Source: Chloroflexota bacterium (GTDB lineage: Bacteria > Chloroflexota > Anaerolineae > Aggregatilineales > Phototrophicaceae). From it: DNA of 64,000 nt. The notes below the pieces were generated by a model that did not search any database, was not told the DNA's origin, and worked only from the letters and a program-made list of their open reading frames with translations. The position numbers and the translations under genes were made by a program. Shown here piece after piece: positions 36,131 through 46,125 of the stretch. Each line of letters opens with the position of its first letter. The first letter of the stretch is position 1. The DNA lies in contig JBCCSC010000010.1 in the NCBI GenBank assembly GCA_039200705.1, positions 50,272 to 114,271 on the forward strand, read 5' to 3'.

Positions 36131-36892
36131 TTAATTATAAGCAACCTTGTTGAAGCGTTGTGCTAACCAGTAAATCAAACCGAGTTGTAGCACAATACCG
36201 ATGATTAGCGCACCAAACCATAAGTCACGACCCTCTAAAGCCATCCAGTAGGCTTTCGCAATCCAGAAGGGCGGAAACAACCCGAATAACGATTGCCAAG
36301 GTTCAGCGATGAACCAACCAATAAAGAACACCATGCCCGATACACCGACGAACTTCGACATTGCAAACCCTTGTACCTTGTTCTCGGCAGTCACAGCAAA
36401 GAATAGTGTTGCAATCGGTGCTGTCAAAGATGCACCCAGTGCAATGGCAATCAGTTGCCACCACGGAATGAGTGCCTGATTGATAATCAACACGGTTGAA
36501 ATCACACCAAACGCAGCAATGACTGTCGGAACACTAATGCGATATACCACATACTGATTAAGTGATATAGGAGTGACCAACATTGCTTTGAGTGTGTTAT
36601 CGTCTTTTTCATCCAACAGCATGAAGCCAAAGATAACGCCTATTAGCACTGCACCCAAATAAATCGTAAAGTAGGCGACGAGCATTGGGAAATACGCACT
36701 CAAAGGGTCGGTGAAACTTTCATTGGGCAAAATGCCATTCTCGATGAGATAATTATCCATCCATGGCAACAAAAAGCGTAAGATGACAGCCATCACGAAG
36801 ATGTAGACAAGCATCATCACCATGAAGCTATCACGCCCAATGACCTTAACATCATTGCGCCCAACCTTGCGGATTAAATCAGTCATTTGCAT
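36131..36892 (-). CDS. ABC-2 type exporter permease (second permease)
   Basis: Six TM segments. It is last in an ATPase-permease-permease operon. Confidence 0.65.
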   Translation of the reverse strand: MQMTDLIRKVGRNDVKVIGRDSFMVMMLVYIFVMAVILRFLLPWMDNYLIENGILPNESFTDPLSAYFPMLVAYFTIYLGAVLIGVIFGFMLLDEKDDNTLKAMLVTPISLNQYVVYRISVPTVIAAFGVISTVLIINQALIPWWQLIAIALGASLTAPIATLFFAVTAENKVQGFAMSKFVGVSGMVFFIGWFIAEPWQSLFGLFPPFWIAKAYWMALEGRDLWFGALIIGIVLQLGLIYWLAQRFNKVAYN

Positions 36893-36896
36893 GATA

Positions 36897-37625
36897 TTAG
36901 CCTACTTTCTCTACAATATGTGTCTGAAAAGCGCGGTACGCCCAAGCTGATAAGCCTATGAGTAAGACCGTGTTGTAAATCAATGTGTATGCCCATTCCC
37001 AGCCCTCAAGTGATATGAACGAGGCTTGTGTCAACATAGTTGGTGCACTCGTCGGAAGAATGAGAAAGGCAGGATGCACCACGAACCCCAAGAAGTGCAC
37101 AAATGGTAACTGCAAGAGGGTCGCAACCATGACGGCTGGCACAAGAAAATCTGTGATTTTGTCGTAGCGCACAATCATGATGATGCCGATGAGTGTATAC
37201 ATCACTCCCATAACAATTGCTCCAAGAAGCAAAATTGGAATATTGGGCATCACAATCGGATTTCCAAAAGCATAGATTAGCGCAAGTGAGCCACCGACCA
37301 TCACGACCGATTCTAGTGTAGCAAGGGTCGTCAGTGTGATGATTTTCGACCATAGATATTCAGATGTGCGTAATGGAGTCACAATTACAGCGTTGAGTGT
37401 GCCTTCATCTTTCTCGAATAGAATCATTCCTGCAACATAAAGCAAGGTTGACCCTCCTGCGACCAATAACACAAGCACAGGGATAGCCGTCGGAATTTGA
37501 TTCACATTCAGCAATTGTGACAATACAACGGCAACCAACACACCAACACCAATCCCAATGGCATACAACTGATTGCGAACCTGTACCATAAAATCTGTTC
37601 GCATTGCATTGAATAAGCGTGTCAT
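36897..37625 (-). CDS. ABC-2 type exporter permease (first permease)
   Basis: Six TM segments, the motif FEKDEGTLNAVIVTPL is typical of ABC-2 permeases, and there is a 4-nt overlap with the ATPase gene. Confidence 0.65.
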   Translation of the reverse strand: MTRLFNAMRTDFMVQVRNQLYAIGIGVGVLVAVVLSQLLNVNQIPTAIPVLVLLVAGGSTLLYVAGMILFEKDEGTLNAVIVTPLRTSEYLWSKIITLTTLATLESVVMVGGSLALIYAFGNPIVMPNIPILLLGAIVMGVMYTLIGIIMIVRYDKITDFLVPAVMVATLLQLPFVHFLGFVVHPAFLILPTSAPTMLTQASFISLEGWEWAYTLIYNTVLLIGLSAWAYRAFQTHIVEKVG

Positions 37626-38485
37626 GCGTCCAACTCCTGTCCTGTGACTTCAATAAAGATATTCTCCAATGTTGTCTCTTGTGTGTGAATCGTTTCAATA
37701 CGTGATGCCGATTGCAACAAATTCATGAATTCACTATTGTTGCCGAGGCTATCCAATGGAAATTCTCGACACTGAACCTCATGCGCACCATTTAGATACT
37801 CGACTTTGACATTGCGCTTGCCGTATTGTTTCTTGAGTGTGGATGGTGCATCAATCAAGCTGATATTGCCATTGGTAATGAACGCGACACGGTCACATAA
37901 TTCATCAGCAACCGACATATTATGTGTTGTGACAAAAACGGTTGTCCCTTTTTGACGTAAATCAAGGATAAAGTCTTTGATATTACGGGCATTTACAGGG
38001 TCAAGTCCACTCGTTGGCTCATCCAAAAATAGCACTTTTGGCTTATGAATCAGACTACGTGCGACATTCAAACGAATTTTCATGCCTTTGCTGTAGTCAT
38101 CGACTTTTTTATGAGCATCTTCTGCTAAACCAACTCGTTCCAATAGATACATGAGGTCGTTGGTCTCGCTGCTGTAGAGTGACTGAAAATATTTCAGATT
38201 CTCTAATGCTGTTAATTTGAGATAGTGATTCGGCAACTCAAATGATACGCCGACATGCTCATAGTAATCCTGTCCCCAATCGCGGACTTCGCGTCCCATC
38301 ACGCTGATATTGCCTCTGTAATCTTTCAGCAAGCCAATCAGAATCTTCTGTGTGGTAGATTTCCCTGCCCCTGATGGACCTAGAAAGCCGAAAATCTCGC
38401 CATCAGCAATCTCAAAATCAAGTCCATGTAGTGTTTCTTTATTTGCACCTTTGTAGGTAAAGGTCAAATTATTGACTGTTATCAT
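37622..38485 (-). CDS. ABC transporter ATP-binding protein
   Basis: Walker A GPSGAGKSTT, signature-like YSKGMKIRLNVA, Walker B VLFLDEPTSGLD. Confidence 0.9.
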   Translation of the reverse strand: MITVNNLTFTYKGANKETLHGLDFEIADGEIFGFLGPSGAGKSTTQKILIGLLKDYRGNISVMGREVRDWGQDYYEHVGVSFELPNHYLKLTALENLKYFQSLYSSETNDLMYLLERVGLAEDAHKKVDDYSKGMKIRLNVARSLIHKPKVLFLDEPTSGLDPVNARNIKDFILDLRQKGTTVFVTTHNMSVADELCDRVAFITNGNISLIDAPSTLKKQYGKRNVKVEYLNGAHEVQCREFPLDSLGNNSEFMNLLQSASRIETIHTQETTLENIFIEVTGQELDA

Positions 38486-38512
38486 GATGTCTCTCTCCTA
38501 TTTATCTTGCTC

Positions 38513-39187
38513 TTATTCATTCATTTGTGCTTGTGCTGTACTCATAAGTTGTCGTATTACTTGCTTACCTGCTTCTGAATCAGCATCTGGTGGTGTTAAG
38601 GCTCGGTCTAAAATTTCTGCGATTCCTGTCAGCAAAGCCTCGGTTTCTGGGATGTGTGCTGGATTTTTGATGTCACGCATCGACACTAAGCCAAATGCCA
38701 ACATATCCATCACATGCGAAATGACTCGTGTGTCGATATCTTCCGTGATGACACCTGCATTTTGCATCATCTTGACAAAGATAAAACGTCCATCATGCTC
38801 TTCTTGTCGTCGAAAGAAATTATTCGGCTTACGAATATAACTGCCCATGACACGCGAATCACGGATAAACATCGCTGTCATGAAGGGACTTTCTTGCAAG
38901 GCTTGTAAAATTAGCCGATACATCACACCAATTGTCCCACCTCGCTCATCGGCTTCCAGCAATTGCATCCAACGCATGGTGTACGCCTCCATTTCACGGA
39001 TAAGTAAGGCTTCAAAGAGGGCATCTTTACTATCAAAGTGCAGATAAATAGCTCCTTTGCTAATACCTGCCTCGCGCGCAATGTCACTGACCGTTGTCTT
39101 GTCGTAGCCATAATGTGCAATCAATTCGGAAGCAACCTCTAAGATGCGTTGTTCACGCTCGTCATTTGATGATTTTTCTGGATTCAA
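38513..39187 (-). CDS. TetR/AcrR-family transcriptional repressor
   Basis: HTH ILEVASELIAHYGYDKTTVSDIAREAGISKGAIYLHFDSKDALF. Confidence 0.85.
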   Translation of the reverse strand: MNPEKSSNDEREQRILEVASELIAHYGYDKTTVSDIAREAGISKGAIYLHFDSKDALFEALLIREMEAYTMRWMQLLEADERGGTIGVMYRLILQALQESPFMTAMFIRDSRVMGSYIRKPNNFFRRQEEHDGRFIFVKMMQNAGVITEDIDTRVISHVMDMLAFGLVSMRDIKNPAHIPETEALLTGIAEILDRALTPPDADSEAGKQVIRQLMSTAQAQMNE

Positions 39188-39210
39188 ACCATATCTCCTC
39201 TTCCTTTTTG

Positions 39211-39246
39211 ACTATATGACCAAATTAACAATATTGGTCATATAGT
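39211..39246. promoter_or_regulatory. Palindromic operator, presumably for the adjacent TetR repressor
   Basis: A perfect 13-bp inverted repeat ACTATATGACCAA-N10-TTGGTCATATAGT lies 24-59 nt upstream of the tetR start codon. Confidence 0.65.
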
Positions 39247-39364
39247 ATCAAAATGTAAAATTCCGCGTCAATTAAATTTGCTTAGACCCCTAATTATTAG
39301 GGGGTAAAGCTATACAGAATGCCTATTAATAAGCAACTGTTTATTTTTGTTGCATGGCACAGTA

Positions 39365-39392
39365 TTGCGATGTAATCATCACAGACTATAAT
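39365..39392 (+). promoter_or_regulatory. Sigma-70-type promoter candidate for the PD40 beta-propeller gene
   Basis: -35 TTGCGA, 16-nt spacer, -10 TATAAT (39387-39392). This implies the ATG at 39431 is the start rather than the TTG at 39401. Confidence 0.45.
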
Positions 39393-39430
39393 CAGATGAA
39401 TTGTGTAAACCAGCGTATCGTAGGATTCTT

Positions 39431-40570
39431 ATGGCAAGTCAGCGAAGTATGTGGTTAGTAGCTTTATTGCTGAGTTTGTGTTTTTCTGTGTCACAAGCAC
39501 AATCATCCATCATTGAGGTCTGTCCTGAAAATCCGATTCAACAACGTGGCGCAACTTTTGAACCGAGTGGTATCATCCTAACCTCGTTTGATAGTACAGC
39601 CCTGTGGGTCTACGACATTGGACGTAACACACGCTATCCCTTGCCTGAAACGAGTCCCTGTACTTCAAACTGCCATCTATCCCCTGATGCACAATGGCTC
39701 ATCTACCTCAATCCACAGACCTTTGTTTTTAGTAAGATGCGCCTCAATGGAACGCAACGAACACCGCTTGTCAGTGATGCGTCCGAAGTGCGCTGGTGGA
39801 ATCAAGAGACCTTACTCATCTGGACAACCGACCAAGAGGTCTACTTGCGTCCTGAAGCTGATGTTAGTGCTGAATTAACTCCCTTGCAGTCCGATGGTGT
39901 GATTAGTATGCAACCGAATGGCTATTTCGCACTACAACTCACTGGCACAAATGGAACATTTACACGTTCATTGATTGACCTTAACTCACCAGATGCAATG
40001 CCAATTACACTTGCGCCTGACCGTAATTATTTCAATGGGGCTGGCTGGTCACCTGATGGACGTTTTCTAGCCTATGTCGGAGAAGGACAAACCGATAGTA
40101 ATGGTTTTACAGGTGGTGAATTATATTTTATTTCGCCATCATCAGGAGAGATACAACAAGCAACAAATTTGACTGATAATTATGGCGCAGTGCGGATTAA
40201 CGGCTTTGCACCATCAGATTTGAGTTGGTCGCCCGATAGTTCTCAAATTGCCTTCTGGGTCATTGATTTAACAGGCGATAATCCTGCTCAAGATACAGGA
40301 GATGCTGTGTTGCATGTGCTGGATACAAATACTCAAGAATTACGTCGCTATTGTGGCTTTACTGCAACTGAACACACCCCCGAAACGCCGCGTTTAATTT
40401 GGTCACCTGATAGCTCTCATGTCGCATTTGCAAGTAATGTTAGTGGCGATGATAAAGGGGCGTTGTTGCTAGCTCTCAATGTCGAGACAGGTATCTTCAC
40501 TGAATTAAGCAATGGCATGTTCCCTGTGTTTGGGATTCCACAACTTAATGCGTGGGGAACAGTTCCATGA
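39431..40570 (+). CDS. Secreted TolB-like beta-propeller (PD40 repeat) protein
   Basis: A signal peptide MASQRSMWLVALLLSLCFSVSQA is followed by repeated WSPDGRFLAY / WSPDSSQIAF / WSPDSSHVAF. Confidence 0.7.
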   Translation: MASQRSMWLVALLLSLCFSVSQAQSSIIEVCPENPIQQRGATFEPSGIILTSFDSTALWVYDIGRNTRYPLPETSPCTSNCHLSPDAQWLIYLNPQTFVFSKMRLNGTQRTPLVSDASEVRWWNQETLLIWTTDQEVYLRPEADVSAELTPLQSDGVISMQPNGYFALQLTGTNGTFTRSLIDLNSPDAMPITLAPDRNYFNGAGWSPDGRFLAYVGEGQTDSNGFTGGELYFISPSSGEIQQATNLTDNYGAVRINGFAPSDLSWSPDSSQIAFWVIDLTGDNPAQDTGDAVLHVLDTNTQELRRYCGFTATEHTPETPRLIWSPDSSHVAFASNVSGDDKGALLLALNVETGIFTELSNGMFPVFGIPQLNAWGTVP

Positions 40571-40627
40571 TAAGTTCTTGACACTCTTCTGCTAAATTAA
40601 TGATATTTGTGAGAGATAACAGGGCGA

Positions 40628-41551
40628 ATGTTTGGTTTGACTTGGCAACTGTGGCGGATAATACGCTATCCAGAGTGGCAACATCCCATCTTTCAATACG
40701 GACGACGCTTACGCGATAAAGATGATACTGATACCCGTATTCGGCGAGTCATCATAGGTATAGCCATAGTCTTCCTCGTGATATTAACCATTTTATTTCC
40801 TATTCCCGTATTTCCAAGTCTCATCGGTTTGATTATAGCGATTCCGATTTTATTGGTTATATTTCATGGAACACTACTTGGCGCAATTTGGGTTACCAAT
40901 ATTGCTATTTCATTAATGATGATGCAAAACAGCAACCGCTATGATCTCATGCGTGTGACGACGCTCAGTAGCATAGGGATTGCATGGCAATTTGCATTAG
41001 GTGTCATCTATCGACATGATTGGCTGAGGCGTGTCAATAGAGTCGTTCGATGGGTTGCTACACTCATACTTGTTGCGCTAATACCTGCTACTTTGCTATT
41101 GTTATTTAGCATAGCAAGGGGCAATAATACACTGCTACAAGTCCAACAATGGAATATCTTGCGCGATTTATTGACAATGAGCGTAATTGTCATTTTTTTC
41201 TGGCTTGACCATATGCAATCGATTATTGTGGCGTTTCTATGGGGACTTCTCTCGCCAACATTCATTCATGATAGGTCATTGGCGCGTGTTTTGATGCCTA
41301 CTTTATATTGCATCTTACAAATTGGAACGTATCTCGTCAGTGTAATTATCTATCTTTTGATTAGAGCCATCATAGGTGTATTGCTGGGTAGTACATTCAT
41401 CGGATTTATATCATCACTTCTTTTAGGATTGTTGAGTTTTTTCATCATACGAGAGGCGATATTGAGTTTGTTAGTGCGCTTGCTCATCCTAAGATATGAA
41501 TCGTCTGTGTCTGGTTTTCAGCATTTGCTGAGGATGTCACCTGAACTGTAA
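40628..41551 (+). CDS. Polytopic membrane protein, paralogue A (degenerate ABC-2-permease-like)
   Basis: The N-terminal W..LWR...P...HPIFQY and NRYDLMRVTTLS motifs are shared with the next gene. Confidence 0.5.
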   Translation: MFGLTWQLWRIIRYPEWQHPIFQYGRRLRDKDDTDTRIRRVIIGIAIVFLVILTILFPIPVFPSLIGLIIAIPILLVIFHGTLLGAIWVTNIAISLMMMQNSNRYDLMRVTTLSSIGIAWQFALGVIYRHDWLRRVNRVVRWVATLILVALIPATLLLLFSIARGNNTLLQVQQWNILRDLLTMSVIVIFFWLDHMQSIIVAFLWGLLSPTFIHDRSLARVLMPTLYCILQIGTYLVSVIIYLLIRAIIGVLLGSTFIGFISSLLLGLLSFFIIREAILSLLVRLLILRYESSVSGFQHLLRMSPEL

Positions 41552-41594
41552 ATCGTCTGCTATAGTGAGTTTGATTTTATTATTAGGATTTATC

Positions 41595-42569
41595 ATGATT
41601 AGTCTTAAATTGTGGCGTGCTTTATCTAAACCACCGAAACGTCATCCACTGTTTCAATACGTTTTGCTCAATGCTAAGCGAGAAGAACCCCATGTCACGA
41701 GTTCATTTATTGTATGGGTCATGATGTTGGCAACGGTTATCTTCACACTGACCTTTCTCTATCGTCCTGCCACATGGATTATCTTAGCGAGTTTTGTTGC
41801 ACTTAATAGCATCTACAGTGTCCGATGGGTGCTACGCATTGCACGTACCCTGACTCAAGAAAAAGAGAGCCGTCGCTATGACTTGCTAGCAACCATGCCA
41901 ATCGGCTTATTAGGGACAAGTTGGGCATTGAGTACAGGAGCAGTACACAAACGTTCCTCATTCCGTTGGATACCCTATCTGGTTTTAATGATTGCAATTA
42001 TGGCTTTCATTTCTCTGTGTGGTTTATCAACAGTGACACTCACCCTTATTGATAGCTTGTCAGATACAGAGCAATCGTTAATGGCTAATTTAGCATTTGC
42101 GAAGGTTGGCATCTTTGCTCTGCCTGTAGTCATCTTATTTTACATTGACCACATCTATTCTATTTTGACAGCAATTGTCTTTGGACAATTGGCAACTTAC
42201 GATGTTAAAAACACGGCTGACGGTCAAATCCGTGCTTTATTTGGATTCCTGACACTGCAAATTATGTTTTATACACTCATCGTTGGTTTAACACTGTGGG
42301 CAACACCCAGTTTATTTGGTCTACTTGACCCCAGCAAAGTCAGCGACATTATCTTGTTTAGTATCATTAGCATCACAACATTTGTTGCTGTCAGAGAATT
42401 AATTCTGACAGTCATCTGGCGGATGTTGGTTAAATTTTTGTCTGCTGACCACAAAGAAATTGCGCTTGTTCTAAAGCCATTTTATGAAGCAGAAGCAATT
42501 CTGAGAGAAAGTGAGAAAGCTCGTGTCAGACGCTTGGATGCCACAGGAAAAATGGCAGCGACAGATTAA
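41595..42569 (+). CDS. Polytopic membrane protein, paralogue B
   Basis: LWRALSKPPKRHPLFQY and QEKESRRYDLLATMPIG. The start is taken at ATG 41595, preceded by agga at 6 nt. The ORF-track GTG is at 41565. Confidence 0.5.
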   Translation: MISLKLWRALSKPPKRHPLFQYVLLNAKREEPHVTSSFIVWVMMLATVIFTLTFLYRPATWIILASFVALNSIYSVRWVLRIARTLTQEKESRRYDLLATMPIGLLGTSWALSTGAVHKRSSFRWIPYLVLMIAIMAFISLCGLSTVTLTLIDSLSDTEQSLMANLAFAKVGIFALPVVILFYIDHIYSILTAIVFGQLATYDVKNTADGQIRALFGFLTLQIMFYTLIVGLTLWATPSLFGLLDPSKVSDIILFSIISITTFVAVRELILTVIWRMLVKFLSADHKEIALVLKPFYEAEAILRESEKARVRRLDATGKMAATD

Positions 42570-42582
42570 TGGAGATAACGAC

Positions 42583-43290
42583 ATGGCACGCTACGCTACC
42601 ACACGTTTCCAAGATGTGCTTGTATCAGATTTTGGTTATTGGGTAGCGGATTTAGAGCGCAGTCGTGTTGTATTGCATCATAATCAATATGCTAAGGGTT
42701 ACTGCTTGCTCATTGCTAAACAAGCAGGTATCGCCGAACCACACCAAATGTACGAACATCAACGACGCTTATTCTTTGAGGATATGAATCGTCTAGCAAC
42801 AGGGCTAGAAAAGGCATTTTCGACGACGAAAATTAATTGCCTCATCCTTGGGATGCAAACTCCACATCTGCATGTCCAACTTATCCCTCGTTATTATGGC
42901 GATGATTTGCCGATGCAAGGTGTTGACCCCGAAGCTGAAACAGCCACCCTCTCTGATGCTGACTATAAAGCTAGAGTCTCTATAATCCGTGAAGCAATGG
43001 GGTTCTATCCTGATATTATCCTTGACGATAATTTGCTCAAATTCATGGATGACCAAGCACGTATCAAAGATTGGCCTCCCCTCAAACTGGAAGACTCACA
43101 AAATGCTGTCAGGGATTACCTTGCAAGCAAATTTGAAGCAGGGATTCACTACACTGAAAAAGAAGTCAATGCGATTCTAAATCGTTGGGCAACCTTTGAT
43201 GACTGGGCATTACTCCGCCGAGAACTTATTATGCACGATTACCTACGTCGCATGAAAGATGGGTCTGCTTATTGGGTCAATCAAGACTGA
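42583..43290 (+). CDS. HIT-superfamily domain fused to a DUF2087-like C-terminal domain
   Basis: Nucleotide-binding motif TPHLHVQLIPRY (H-x-H-x-Q). The C-terminal HYTEKEVNAILNRWATFDDWALLRRELIMHDYLRRMKDGSAYW resembles DUF2087. The start is taken at ATG 42583, preceded by ggaga. Confidence 0.6.
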   Translation: MARYATTRFQDVLVSDFGYWVADLERSRVVLHHNQYAKGYCLLIAKQAGIAEPHQMYEHQRRLFFEDMNRLATGLEKAFSTTKINCLILGMQTPHLHVQLIPRYYGDDLPMQGVDPEAETATLSDADYKARVSIIREAMGFYPDIILDDNLLKFMDDQARIKDWPPLKLEDSQNAVRDYLASKFEAGIHYTEKEVNAILNRWATFDDWALLRRELIMHDYLRRMKDGSAYWVNQD

Positions 43291-43403
43291 CTCAATGGTA
43301 TGATTGGTCTATAATGTGATGAATATACCATAGATAAAATAAATCAATATCTTTAAAATTAAACAAACGCAGATTTCTGCATTTGAAGAATTGGAGTAAT
43401 CGT

Positions 43404-44378
43404 GTGACTGATGTCATCAACCCAAATCAAATTCCAGTAACATCGAATGAAGACTGGACTCCTGACCCTAAACATCCGCGTCGTCGCCCACCTTGGATTC
43501 GCGTCCGCGCACCACAGGGCGAAATGTACGAAAATGTCCGTAATTTGATGCGTAGTAAAGAATTACACACCGTTTGTGAAGAAGCGATGTGTCCTAACAT
43601 TGGTGAATGTTGGGGTAGCGGTACAGCAACTTTCCTCATGATGGGCGATACGTGTACCCGTAGCTGTGGCTTCTGTGATATTAAAACGGGTCGTCCAAAT
43701 CCATTGGATTGGGCAGAGCCAAATCGCATTGCACAGAGCGTGCGCGCCATGAACTTACGCCATGTTGTTATCACCAGTGTTAATCGAGATGACCGCCCTG
43801 ATGGTGGTGCGCCAATTTTTGCGATGGTCATTCGTCGTATTCGCCAGTTGCAACCAGGATGCAGTATCGAAGTCTTGATTCCTGATTTCAAAGGGAGCGA
43901 AACAGCACTCAAAATTGTGATGGATGCTCAACCAGAAATTCTAAATCATAATGTCGAGACGGTTAAACGTTTGTTCAAAACGGTGCAACCGCAAGATAAT
44001 TACGATTGGGCACTAGCGACATTGCGTAACGCGAAAGCAATGGATCCACTTGTGCTAACTAAGAGTGGTATCATGGTTGGTCTCGGTGAAACATTTGATG
44101 AAGTCGTTGAAACTATGCAAGACCTTGCTGATATTGATGTCGATATTCTGACCATTGGGCAATACCTACAACCAAGCAAAAAACATCTACCAATTGAGCG
44201 ATACTATACACCAGAAGAGTTCGATAAATTACGCGAAATTGGTCTCGAAATGGGCTTCAAATGGGTCGAAAGCGGTCCACTTGTTCGTAGCAGCTATCAT
44301 GCTGACCAACAAGTTCGTGAACTGAGTAAGTTGAATCACTTCCGCTTACATGAAGAGCGTGAAGGTGTTGGTGATTAA
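43404..44378 (+). CDS. lipA: Lipoyl synthase
   Basis: Cluster motifs [13 protein letters not shown] and CTRSCGFCD. The start is proposed at the in-frame GTG 43404, 7 nt after ggag. The ORF-track TTG is at 43383. Confidence 0.9.
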   Translation: MTDVINPNQIPVTSNEDWTPDPKHPRRRPPWIRVRAPQGEMYENVRNLMRSKELHTVCEEAMCPNIGECWGSGTATFLMMGDTCTRSCGFCDIKTGRPNPLDWAEPNRIAQSVRAMNLRHVVITSVNRDDRPDGGAPIFAMVIRRIRQLQPGCSIEVLIPDFKGSETALKIVMDAQPEILNHNVETVKRLFKTVQPQDNYDWALATLRNAKAMDPLVLTKSGIMVGLGETFDEVVETMQDLADIDVDILTIGQYLQPSKKHLPIERYYTPEEFDKLREIGLEMGFKWVESGPLVRSSYHADQQVRELSKLNHFRLHEEREGVGD

Positions 44379-44390
44379 GTAGAAATAATT

Positions 44391-44421
44391 AGAGGGACAG
44401 TACAGATGTATATGTCCCTCT
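44391..44421. terminator. Hairpin between convergent genes (lipA and the membrane protein)
   Basis: A perfect 9-bp stem agagggaca / tgtccctct with a 13-nt loop. Confidence 0.45.
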
Positions 44422-44432
44422 ACGCAATTTCT

Positions 44433-46103
44433 CTATTGTCCACAAGTAGAGATAACACTCTCGCACATCTCACCATCACGTACATAAACATCAGCCATCA
44501 AGTCAGATCGGTCAATAAATGGACATTGCACGAATTCATCTGATGTGAGCAATCCGTCTAATGTGCTGAGTGATGACTCAATCGGCAGATGAGGACGATA
44601 AAAGATGAAAACACGTTCTGCATCTCCAATGAAGTAATCATAACGGGTAGCATTGTCACCTTCTGCAACTGCTTCTGGCATCAAACCAGTTAAATAGGTG
44701 AGGGCATCATCGTTCTCATTTATAAGACGACTGAGTGTAACCCCCGTCACAGGCACATCATAAGTATAGTATGTGACAACTTGGTCTTGTACCCATTCTT
44801 CTTCAGGTGTGTTCCAACCAAAGACAAAAGTATCACTCTCAGTACCACACATTTCAGCCGTTGAAGTGATTGATTCCATAACGCTATTAGGAACAGCATC
44901 AATATGTTCAGGAATATTGTTCATGAAGTCTGTTGATAAACCATAGAATATGCCTGCTCCCATCCAAATAACAACGAGTCCCCATGTCACAAACTCTGAA
45001 GTCCGTTGACCGAGATACACTATCCCAATAGCGACTAAGGTCACAAAAACGGGCATCAAGCCGATAATGTGACGCGGGTGAAACAAAAAGTCAGCAGCAA
45101 TATTGGCAAGCATCGCCACACCAAGAATACTCAATCCCCATACCCATAAAAAGCGAATAGCATCTTTACGGATAAGAGTTGCACTCAAGGCAATCATCGG
45201 CAATGAAATAAACCACAAATTGTTGCTAAATCCTGTTGTCATTGACCACAGTAAGCTCAATGTGCCGACACTACGCGGATTCAGTGACTCATTGACGAAA
45301 GAAATATACAGAACGCCGATCCATAAGCCATAAACCAAACATCCATTGATATATAGCTTCAAAATTGTCAACCAGCGTTGGGATGGTGCAGGACGTTTTT
45401 CTTCATCGGTGCGTAAACTGCTTAGAAGGTCTTTAGGGCGTGCGAACAACACATGATAGAGACCAATCCCAAAGACAACAGCAATCCCGATATAATGTGT
45501 GTACAATGTGCCTATAATACTAGATGCAAAACCGTAGCGTGTTGCACGCCCTGCCTGTGGATTTTTGAGCAATTGCCAGTAGAGCCATCCATTAAGGGCG
45601 GGCATCAGCACATAAAGGGTGTAACCACGCACTTCGTGCAAATAAAATGTGAAAAAGACAGTTGTGCCCAATAATGCAGAAGCAATAATCCCTGTTTTCT
45701 TATCGGTCATACTACTTGCCATGCGATAAGTTACGCTGACACTGATTAAGCCGATGAATAGGGCAAGTGTGCGGTCTACAAAAACAACACCACCGACTAA
45801 GGCATCCCAAAGCATTAATAGTAAGAAAAAAAGAGGTGGCCAACTATTATCGAGGGCAGTAATACACAAGGTATGGGCTACAGAATGATATTCATGGCTC
45901 AGAAAATCTTGGCAAATGGGCATTTCTGCAACTGTCGTTGCCCCATAGAAGTTAGGGTCTTCACCGATTTGCCCTGTATTGGTGATGAAATAAGTAATCC
46001 ACTCATCAAACCAAATGGCATCATAAGTGATTAACACTGTCCCAAGAAATGTTGTCAGCAATAAAATTGGAATAAGCGACATCCAAGCAAATCGTAAGCG
46101 CAT
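44433..46103 (-). CDS. Large polytopic membrane protein with a C-terminal soluble domain; GT-C (ArnT/PMT-like) glycosyltransferase candidate
   Basis: More than 10 TM segments, an acidic first-loop motif AIWFDEW, and a non-membrane C-terminus of about 150 aa. The start is taken at ATG 46103, preceded by gaaggg. Confidence 0.45.
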   Translation of the reverse strand: MRLRFAWMSLIPILLLTTFLGTVLITYDAIWFDEWITYFITNTGQIGEDPNFYGATTVAEMPICQDFLSHEYHSVAHTLCITALDNSWPPLFFLLLMLWDALVGGVVFVDRTLALFIGLISVSVTYRMASSMTDKKTGIIASALLGTTVFFTFYLHEVRGYTLYVLMPALNGWLYWQLLKNPQAGRATRYGFASSIIGTLYTHYIGIAVVFGIGLYHVLFARPKDLLSSLRTDEEKRPAPSQRWLTILKLYINGCLVYGLWIGVLYISFVNESLNPRSVGTLSLLWSMTTGFSNNLWFISLPMIALSATLIRKDAIRFLWVWGLSILGVAMLANIAADFLFHPRHIIGLMPVFVTLVAIGIVYLGQRTSEFVTWGLVVIWMGAGIFYGLSTDFMNNIPEHIDAVPNSVMESITSTAEMCGTESDTFVFGWNTPEEEWVQDQVVTYYTYDVPVTGVTLSRLINENDDALTYLTGLMPEAVAEGDNATRYDYFIGDAERVFIFYRPHLPIESSLSTLDGLLTSDEFVQCPFIDRSDLMADVYVRDGEMCESVISTCGQ

Positions 46104-46125
46104 GATAGACCCTTCTATAAGCAAA

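Noticed and set aside
37006-37698. Alternative-frame minus-strand ORFs overlapping the ABC permease and ATPase junction.
   Set aside because: They are out of frame with well-supported genes, Cys/His/Arg-rich, and have no signals.
38472-39047. Plus-strand ORFs antisense to the TetR gene (38472-38840, 38714-38908, 38847-39047).
   Set aside because: They are embedded in a clear TetR frame and have no motifs or SD.
42511-42582. The upstream extension of the HIT-domain ORF, overlapping the preceding membrane-protein gene by 59 nt.
   Set aside because: The ATG at 42583 has a proper ggaga SD and removes the overlap. The extension has no conserved-looking sequence.
43427-43912. A 161-aa minus-strand ORF antisense to lipA.
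   Set aside because: It is fully embedded in the strongly supported lipoyl synthase frame. It is Arg/Ser/Gly-rich low complexity with no SD.
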